Shown: in pieces, positions 57,759 through 64,000 of the stretch
How the letters are laid out: every line of letters starts with the position of its first letter
Position numbering within the stretch: the first letter of the stretch is position 1
NCBI GenBank assembly: GCA_017544835.1
Contig: JAFYDI010000023.1
Coordinates: 32,206-96,205, forward strand
Direction of reading: 5' to 3'
Length of the DNA: 64,000 nucleotides
Source of the DNA: Lachnospiraceae bacterium
GTDB taxonomy: Bacteria > Bacillota > Clostridia > Lachnospirales > Lachnospiraceae
Program-made: the position numbers and the translations under genes
The notes under the pieces: generated by a model
Told to the model about the DNA's origin: nothing
Seen by the model: the letters and a program-made list of their open reading frames with translations, nothing else
The model's database searches: none

Positions 57759-57955
57759 AGGAAATACCCTCTTAGTCTAAACTCCACAGAAGATATTACC
57801 ATATTTGAATTAAAAATAAAGGCTTTTTTGGCCGACAGTGTTGACAACTTTAAAGCGAACGTTTATTATACTAATGTGCTTTAAAGCGGTAAAGCGTAAC
57901 GCTTTTAATCACTAAAGTTTACATAACAACATAATGTTATGGGGAGGAATACATA

Positions 57956-59494
57956 ATGATCAGTAAGATTATAATGCTCGTGATTTTCTTTGCCGTAATG
58001 ATAGGCGTGGGCGTTTACACACGTAAGACAGCCACTGATGTCAACGGCTTCGTACTCGGAGGCAGAAGCGTAGGTCCCTGGCTTACGGCCTTTGCTTATG
58101 GAACTTCTTATTTTTCCGCGGTTGTATTCGTAGGATATGCCGGACAGTTCGGTTACAAATACGGTCTTTCTTCCACATGGATCGGTATCGGTAACGCACT
58201 CATCGGTTCACTTCTTGCATGGGTTATCTTGGGTCGTCGTACCAGAGTTATGAGTAAGCATCTTAACTCGGCCACAATGCCCGATTTCCTCGGAAAGCGT
58301 TATCATTCCAAGGCCATCAGAGTCGTGGCTGCGCTTATTTCCTTTATTTTCCTGATTCCTTATACCGCATCGGTTTACAACGGATTATCAAGACTCTTCG
58401 GAATGGCATTTAACGTTCCTTACAGTGTATGTGTTATCGTTATGGCGGTTCTTACAGGCGTATATGTTATCCTCGGCGGTTACATGGCTACCGCGGTTAA
58501 CGACTTTATACAGGGTATTATCATGTTATTCGGTATCGTTGCCGTAGTTGTTGCTGTTATTAACGGAAACGGCGGATTCTTTGAAGCGTACAGGAACCTT
58601 TCACAGATTCCCTGCGAGAATGCGGTTGTGGACGGACTTAACGGTGCTTATGTATCCTTCTTCGGACCCGACCCCGTTAACCTCCTTGGCGTTGTAATCC
58701 TTACATCTCTCGGAACCTGGGGACTTCCTCAGATGGTTCAGAAGTTCTACGCCATCAAGGATGAAAAGGCTATCAGACGCGGCACTATCATTTCCACATT
58801 CTTTGCCGTAATCGTTGCCGGCGGATGTTACTTCCTCGGCGGTTTCGGTCGCCTTGCCGATGTATCTGCCATCACCAACGCTGACGGCGGAGTGGTATAC
58901 GATGCCATCATCCCTACAATGTTAAGCAAGCTTCCCGATTTACTTATCGGTATCGTGGTAGTGCTTGTGCTTTCCGCATCAATGTCCACACTTTCAAGCC
59001 TTGTGCTTACTTCAAGCTCAACACTTACACTTGACTTAATCAAAGACAATTTTGTTAAGAAGATGGATGAGAAGAGACAGCTTCTTATCATGCGTATCTT
59101 TATAGTAGTATTCATAGTTATTTCGGTTATCATAGCAATGGATCCTCCCACATTCATTGCACAGCTCATGGGTATCTCATGGGGTGCTCTTGCAGGCGCG
59201 TTCTTGGCTCCCCTCCTTTACGGCTTGTACTGGAAGGGTGTCACAAGAGCGGGTGTATGGGCCGGCTTTATCAGCGCCGTAGGCTTTACAATCGCCAACA
59301 TGTACGGCAAATGGACTTCCCCCATCAATGCAGGCGCCATCGCCATGATTGCAGGCCTTGTAGTGGTACCGCTTGTATCCTTGATTACTCCTAAGCTTGA
59401 TAAAGGCGAGATTGATTTCTCCTTTACCTGCTATGAGAAAAAGAAAGTCGTGGAAGAAAAGATTGCACTTCCCGAAGACGTGGTTCAGGACTGA
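57956..59494 (+). CDS. sodium:solute symporter (SSS family)
   Basis: 512 aa, about 13 TM helices. Typical SSS N-terminal pattern (GGRSVGPWLTAFAYGTSYFSAVVFVGYAG). Confidence 0.8.
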   Translation: MISKIIMLVIFFAVMIGVGVYTRKTATDVNGFVLGGRSVGPWLTAFAYGTSYFSAVVFVGYAGQFGYKYGLSSTWIGIGNALIGSLLAWVILGRRTRVMSKHLNSATMPDFLGKRYHSKAIRVVAALISFIFLIPYTASVYNGLSRLFGMAFNVPYSVCVIVMAVLTGVYVILGGYMATAVNDFIQGIIMLFGIVAVVVAVINGNGGFFEAYRNLSQIPCENAVVDGLNGAYVSFFGPDPVNLLGVVILTSLGTWGLPQMVQKFYAIKDEKAIRRGTIISTFFAVIVAGGCYFLGGFGRLADVSAITNADGGVVYDAIIPTMLSKLPDLLIGIVVVLVLSASMSTLSSLVLTSSSTLTLDLIKDNFVKKMDEKRQLLIMRIFIVVFIVISVIIAMDPPTFIAQLMGISWGALAGAFLAPLLYGLYWKGVTRAGVWAGFISAVGFTIANMYGKWTSPINAGAIAMIAGLVVVPLVSLITPKLDKGEIDFSFTCYEKKKVVEEKIALPEDVVQD

Positions 59495-59514
59495 TAATTA
59501 TATGACTCGATTAC

Positions 59515-59546
59515 GGACTGCCGTTACTATGCGGCAGTCCTTTTTT
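59515..59546 (+). terminator. intrinsic terminator after symporter gene
   Basis: GGACTGCCG-ttactatg-CGGCAGTCC followed by TTTTTT. Confidence 0.7.
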
Positions 59547-59662
59547 GTGCTATAATGCTTAAGTGTGTGAGCCTGTCATATTAAGAAATATTTAAGACTA
59601 TTTGAAAGACGTAAGAAGATATTTTGGGATAATATGATAAAAAAGCGGGTAGTGCGCTTTGA

Positions 59663-61096
59663 ATGAGGCTTAAGGCACAAGGAGAATGCGAATTGATTAA
59701 AGAAAATCAACGTATATTCAATAGATTGTTAGTGCTCATCGACATGGTTATTATTTTCTTTTCCATGCCGACCGCATATGTGGCTAAGTTTAAGATACTT
59801 TCACCCACCGCAACGGGTCGACTTCCCATCGGAAGCTATATAAGGCTTATGGCGATGGTGGTACCGGTCTATATCATCATATATTTCATGTGTTCCGTGT
59901 ACGATCCGAAGAGAACTTCTCGTATCAAGCATGAGTGTTACACAATATTTAAGGCTAACGTTTTCGGCATAGGTGCTTTGATTATAGGCATTTACGTTAT
60001 AATCAAGGATATCGACTATGCCCGTTCGGTATTGGGACTTTTCTTCTTTATCAATGTATTTGCCACCATGGCTTTCCGCGTGGTACTCAGAAAGACTTTA
60101 AGATACGCAAGAAAGCACGGTTACAACCAGAAGCACATTCTGCTTGTGGGATATTCGGAAGCTGCGAAGGCTTTTATTGACAGACTTGTAGGAAATCCTC
60201 AGTGGGGATTTAAGATTTACGGAATACTTGACGACCATCATGAGGTGGGCTTTGAGTATCACGGTGTTAAGGTTATAGGAACCTTAAGTCAGCTCACATC
60301 GGTTCTTCAGGACAATGACCTTGAGGAAGTGGCCATTACACTTTCCCTTGAAGACTACGATTTCCTCGAAAGAACGGTTAAGGAGTGCGAGAAGCAGGGC
60401 GTTCATACCCAGTTTGTGCCCGATTACAACAAGTTTATTCCCAGTCGCGCATATACGGAGGATTTGTTCGGACTTCCTCTTATCAACATAAGATATGTAC
60501 CTCTTGCCAACAGCGGTTATGCGGCAGTTAAGCGCGCTGCGGACTTTGTAGGTGCTTTAATCGGTATTATTATTGCATCGCCCTTTATGCTGGTGCTTGC
60601 GATACTTGTTAAGCTTTCAAGTCCCGGACCGATTATATTTAAGCAGGAACGAGTAGGTTTACATAACAAGCCTTTTAATATGTATAAGTTCCGTTCCATG
60701 CGCATGCAGGACGATTCGGAAGAGAAGAAGGGCTGGACGGTTAAGGACGACCCCAGAGTTACCAAGGTCGGCAAGTTCTTACGTCGCACAAGCCTTGACG
60801 AACTTCCTCAGCTTTTTAATATACTTGTCGGCGATATGAGTATCATAGGCCCCCGCCCCGAGAGACCTCAGTTTGTTGAGAAGTTCCAGGAAGAGATACC
60901 GAGGTACATGATTAAGCATCAGGTTCGTCCCGGTCTTACAGGTTGGGCACAGGTTAACGGTTTAAGAGGCGATACATCCATTGAGGAGCGTATCAATCAC
61001 GATATTTATTACATTGAGAACTGGACTGTGGGACTTGATGTCAAGATATTCTTTATGACGTTCTTTACAGGCTTTATTAACAAAAATGCTTATTAA
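59663..61096 (+). CDS. undecaprenyl-phosphate sugar phosphotransferase (polyprenyl glycosylphosphotransferase, WbaP/EpsE-type priming enzyme)
   Basis: N-terminal 4-5 TM helices. C-terminal bacterial sugar transferase domain (PGLTGWAQVNG...). Confidence 0.85.
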   Translation: MRLKAQGECELIKENQRIFNRLLVLIDMVIIFFSMPTAYVAKFKILSPTATGRLPIGSYIRLMAMVVPVYIIIYFMCSVYDPKRTSRIKHECYTIFKANVFGIGALIIGIYVIIKDIDYARSVLGLFFFINVFATMAFRVVLRKTLRYARKHGYNQKHILLVGYSEAAKAFIDRLVGNPQWGFKIYGILDDHHEVGFEYHGVKVIGTLSQLTSVLQDNDLEEVAITLSLEDYDFLERTVKECEKQGVHTQFVPDYNKFIPSRAYTEDLFGLPLINIRYVPLANSGYAAVKRAADFVGALIGIIIASPFMLVLAILVKLSSPGPIIFKQERVGLHNKPFNMYKFRSMRMQDDSEEKKGWTVKDDPRVTKVGKFLRRTSLDELPQLFNILVGDMSIIGPRPERPQFVEKFQEEIPRYMIKHQVRPGLTGWAQVNGLRGDTSIEERINHDIYYIENWTVGLDVKIFFMTFFTGFINKNAY

Positions 61097-61108
61097 AGGA
61101 TTCTTTTT

Positions 61109-62035
61109 ATGACAGTTGATGTTGTAATTCCGCTGTATCGACCCGGTGCGGAATTTGTAACACTTATAAAGTTGCTTAAGGCACAGACGATTCCCGTGAA
61201 GCGTATTATTCTTATGAATACGGAAGAGGCGCTGTATAACGCTTTTGCCTCGAAGTATTCTTTTGACGCAAGGGACTTTGGTGCGGAGGTGTACCATGTT
61301 TCGGCGCGGGAGTTTGACCATGCCGGCACCAGACATGCGGCTATGCTTAAGTGTGATGCCGATGTTGTGGTGATGATGACTCAGGATGCTATTCCCAAGG
61401 ATGAGAATCTTCTTGAGAAACTTACGGCGCATCTTTCAGACGGTGTTGCGGTAGCTTATGCAAGACAGCTTCCCAAGGGTAATGCGGGTGCGCTTGAGGC
61501 GATTACCAGAGACTTTAATTATCCCGCCACGTCACAGGTCAGGGATGAATCAGATATAGAGAAGATGGGCATAAAGGCTTTCTTTTGCTCGGATGTGTGT
61601 GCCGCCTACAGGCGCGATTTGTATGAAGCCGTAGGTGGTTTTTGTGTGCCCGCAATTTTCAATGAAGATATGATTTATGCATATCATGCGCTTAAGACAG
61701 GCTACAAGGTGGCTTACGCGGCCGATGCGGAGGTGTATCACTCGCATCATTACTCGAATATGCAGCAGTTGCATCGCAATTTTGACCTTGGTGTATCGCA
61801 GGCCGACCACCCCGAAATTTTTGGGGCGATTAAGAGTGAATCTGAGGGAAAGCGACTTGTAAAAAATGCGTTTAAGCGGTTTAATAGATTAAGAAGACCA
61901 TGGCTTATGATACCCTTCTCGGTGCAGTGTGCGTTTAAGTTACTGGGGTATAAGCTTGGCAAGAAATATAAGAAACTGCCGAGGTGGCTTGTGCTTAAGC
62001 TTACCGGCAGTAAGTATTACTGGGATAAACATTAA
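61109..62035 (+). CDS. family 2 glycosyltransferase
   Basis: VVIPLYRPG... N-terminal GT-A pattern with a DxD-like region. 308 aa. Confidence 0.7.
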   Translation: MTVDVVIPLYRPGAEFVTLIKLLKAQTIPVKRIILMNTEEALYNAFASKYSFDARDFGAEVYHVSAREFDHAGTRHAAMLKCDADVVVMMTQDAIPKDENLLEKLTAHLSDGVAVAYARQLPKGNAGALEAITRDFNYPATSQVRDESDIEKMGIKAFFCSDVCAAYRRDLYEAVGGFCVPAIFNEDMIYAYHALKTGYKVAYAADAEVYHSHHYSNMQQLHRNFDLGVSQADHPEIFGAIKSESEGKRLVKNAFKRFNRLRRPWLMIPFSVQCAFKLLGYKLGKKYKKLPRWLVLKLTGSKYYWDKH

Positions 62036-62739
62036 TGTCTAAAAAAGTTTACGAGGGACAGCTTGACTTCCTGGGACTTTTAAATGAATATAAAGATTCA
62101 CAAGGCGCGACCGTAAGGGTGAGGGAACCCGGCAATTCGCGTCTTAAACCCGTGGATAAAAGCACTTCGAAGTTTAAGGTTTCGGAGGCGGAACCGGAGC
62201 AGCTTAAAATTGATTTTGAGCCGGTCGGTAAGCCTGAGCCTGTAAAGGTGGAAGAGGTTAAAACTGAACCTGTGAAGGGACCGGAGCCTGAGAAGAAGCC
62301 TGAACCCGTCAAGGAAGAGGTTAAGCCGGTGCCCGTGAAAAAACAGGAATCCGTTAAGGAAGAGCCCAAGCCGGTAGTGCAGAAGCCGGTTAAGGAGGCA
62401 CCTAAGCCGATTGAGCCGGAACCTGTTAAAGAAGAGCCCAAGGCAGCCGCTCCCGAGCCCGTTAAGCCTGTCGAGCCTAAGCCGGGGAAAAAGGCCGATG
62501 CGGATTCCAAGGAGATTTTGTTTAAGCAATGCAAGAAATGCTGGTGCTTTGACTGTAAGCACAATTCAAGGGGAGAAGGAGTGCCGCGTGACATATGCGG
62601 AACATCGATGCCTTGTCCCGCGTGCGAAAGCTGCATTTCCGAGGATCAGGCAACAATCTGTGAAATCGGCAATGCCAAGGAAGGCTGTAAGTTAAGAGCA
62701 CAGGAAGAGGGTATCCTCATCGAGGAAGAACCTGTCTAA
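62035..62739 (+). CDS. repeat protein: PEPVK/EPK-type Pro-Glu-Lys tandem repeats + C-terminal Cys-rich (8-10 Cys) domain
   Basis: Translation contains KPEPVKVEEVKTEPVKGPEPEKKPEPVKEE... repeats. C-terminus CKKCWCFDCKHN...CGTSMPCPACESC...CEIGNAKEGC. ATGTCT start overlaps the GT2 stop. Confidence 0.55.
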   Translation: MSKKVYEGQLDFLGLLNEYKDSQGATVRVREPGNSRLKPVDKSTSKFKVSEAEPEQLKIDFEPVGKPEPVKVEEVKTEPVKGPEPEKKPEPVKEEVKPVPVKKQESVKEEPKPVVQKPVKEAPKPIEPEPVKEEPKAAAPEPVKPVEPKPGKKADADSKEILFKQCKKCWCFDCKHNSRGEGVPRDICGTSMPCPACESCISEDQATICEIGNAKEGCKLRAQEEGILIEEEPV

Positions 62740-62763
62740 ATTGAGATACAGAGGAGTATAGAT

Positions 62764-64000
62764 ATGCAAATAGTACTTGTGGGATGCGGTAACGTCGGTG
62801 CGGACATTGCCAAGTCACTTAGCCGTGAAGGCCATAATATAACCGTAATCGACGTCAATGAAAGGCTTGTTAAGGATTTGTCCGACGAGCTCGATCTTAT
62901 GGGCTATGCCGGTAACGGTACCACTATAGAAGTGCTTGAGGATGCGGGCGTTAAGAATGCGGATCTGCTTATTGCGGCCACCGATTCCGACGAGCGTAAT
63001 CTTTTATGCTGCTTTATTGCCAAGAAAGCCGGAACGGCCTACACCATCGCCCGTGTACGTAACCCCGAATACAAGAAAGAAATAGAATTTATCAAGGAAG
63101 ACTTAGGTCTTTCACTCGTAGTTAACCCCGAACTTGCGGCTGCGGAAGAGATAGCAAGACTGCTTAAATTCCCTACGGCCTTAGAGATAGATACTTTTGC
63201 CAAGGGTCGTGTAGAGCTTCTTAAATTCGAAGTGACCAAGGAAAGCCCTCTTTGCGGCATGCAGCTTAAGTTCGTGCCCAAGAAACTTGATTCGAGCGTC
63301 CTTATCTGCACCGTAGAGCGCGACAACGAAATTTTTATCCCCAACGGTGACTTTACCGTGTGGGAGGGAGACAAGCTTTCCGTTATTGCCTCCGGTAAGA
63401 AAGCAATGCAGTTTTTCAAGGCTGCCAAGATGAATTTAAGCCGCGTACATAACGCTATGATTGTAGGCGGCGGTATGATATGCGTTTATCTTGCCAATAT
63501 CCTTTTATCAAGCGGTGTTGAGGTTAAGATTATAGAGAAGGATAAGCGCATCTGTGAAGCCCTCGCCGAGAGACTTCCCGAGGCCATCATCATTAACGGT
63601 GACGGCGCCGACAAGACCCTGATGGAAGAGGAAGGCATCCTTAACACTGAAGCCTTCGTATCCCTTACCAATCATGACGAAGAAAACGTTATGATGTCTG
63701 TTTACGTAAAGAAGGTTAACCCCAAGGCCAAGCTTATTACAAAGGTTCACAGAAACGTATACGATGACATCATAAGCGATTTGAATATCGGAAGTATCAT
63801 TAACCCCAAGCTTCTTGCAGCGGAGAACGTAGTTAAGTATGTAAGAGCCATGTCTAACACCATGGATTCAAACATTGAGACTCTTTACACCCTTAATGCC
63901 GGCAAGGCCGAAGCTTTGGAATTTACGGTCAAAGAAGCATCGGGACTTGTAGATGTTCCCCTTATGGACCTTAAGCTTAAGAAGAACGTAATGATAGCCT
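62764..64000 (+). CDS. trkA: Trk potassium uptake protein TrkA (NAD-binding), 3' end beyond window
   Basis: MQIVLVGCGNVGADIAKSL... Rossmann GxGxxG, plus a second KTN domain (MIVGGGMICVYLANIL). AGAGGAG RBS. No stop codon within the window. Confidence 0.8.
   Translation, partial: MQIVLVGCGNVGADIAKSLSREGHNITVIDVNERLVKDLSDELDLMGYAGNGTTIEVLEDAGVKNADLLIAATDSDERNLLCCFIAKKAGTAYTIARVRNPEYKKEIEFIKEDLGLSLVVNPELAAAEEIARLLKFPTALEIDTFAKGRVELLKFEVTKESPLCGMQLKFVPKKLDSSVLICTVERDNEIFIPNGDFTVWEGDKLSVIASGKKAMQFFKAAKMNLSRVHNAMIVGGGMICVYLANILLSSGVEVKIIEKDKRICEALAERLPEAIIINGDGADKTLMEEEGILNTEAFVSLTNHDEENVMMSVYVKKVNPKAKLITKVHRNVYDDIISDLNIGSIINPKLLAAENVVKYVRAMSNTMDSNIETLYTLNAGKAEALEFTVKEASGLVDVPLMDLKLKKNVMIA

Noticed and set aside
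62049-62636. Long minus-strand ORFs (195 and 154 aa) and other overlapping ORFs inside the PEPVK-repeat gene
   Set aside because: These are artefacts of the low-complexity repeat, as antisense frames of a repeat stay open. They have no RBS and are fully embedded in the better-supported plus-strand gene.
1-64000. CRISPR arrays, rRNA/tRNA genes, transposases/integrases or prophage genes
   Set aside because: No direct-repeat/spacer periodicity, no tRNA-like cloverleaf candidates and no DDE/tyrosine-recombinase-like ORFs were seen. The nuclease-fusion gene at 4292 is the only candidate for foreign origin, and that is unproven.

Overview
64-kb chromosomal segment with Firmicutes/Clostridia character: AGGAG-type RBSs, sigma-A-like promoters, many ATGA/overlap couplings, roughly mid-40s % GC, and codon usage suggestive of a Lachnospiraceae-like anaerobe (guess only). 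It is dense with housekeeping and accessory genes and shows no CRISPR array, rRNA/tRNA gene or recognisable transposase/integrase.

Gene content in order:
- Two hypothetical proteins.
- A small-ORF plus Kv-like K+ channel pair on the minus strand.
- An unusual UvrD-N-domain/DEDDh-exonuclease/excisionase-HTH fusion gene, followed in the same frame by the 3' remnant of a diguanylate cyclase gene.
- Two tandem paralogous small membrane proteins behind a consensus promoter and a long leader.
- A GNAT gene and a sensor GGDEF gene.
- An Rrf2 regulator divergent from a metY-cysK sulfur-assimilation operon, then pdxK.
- An AraC-regulated rhaBAD operon.
- A spermidine-synthase-like membrane protein, a beta-lactamase-family hydrolase and nadE.
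- A tandem-DUF1538 membrane protein with two P-II-like proteins.
- A four-gene operon: degenerate-GGDEF/EAL protein, pseudo-kinase-like membrane sensor, NarL-type histidine kinase and response regulator.
- A YdjI/YdjG-like SPFH plus zinc-ribbon module.
- An archaeal-type aspS, a frameshifted cytidylate-kinase-like gene and livKHMGF.
- iorAB-paaK-ACT (aromatic amino acid fermentation).
- A frameshifted SH3b/C39-like peptidase gene.
- An ABC-2 / SPFH / RHH / SdpI-like / YhfC / HlyD-MacB-FtsX envelope cluster.
- YitT, an SSS symporter, an EPS priming sugar transferase plus GT2, a PEPVK-repeat Cys-rich protein, and the start of trkA.

The most interesting non-annotated signal is a 36-codon leader ORF with three consecutive Cys codons (MCCCRM), a good RBS and a downstream CCGG-cored terminator/alternative hairpins in front of metY-cysK. 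It sits beside inverted ACCTATT repeats that fit the divergent Rrf2 regulator.

Base-level coordinates of non-ORF features may be off by 1-2 nt because homopolymer runs are hard to count by eye. ORF coordinates come from the supplied track.
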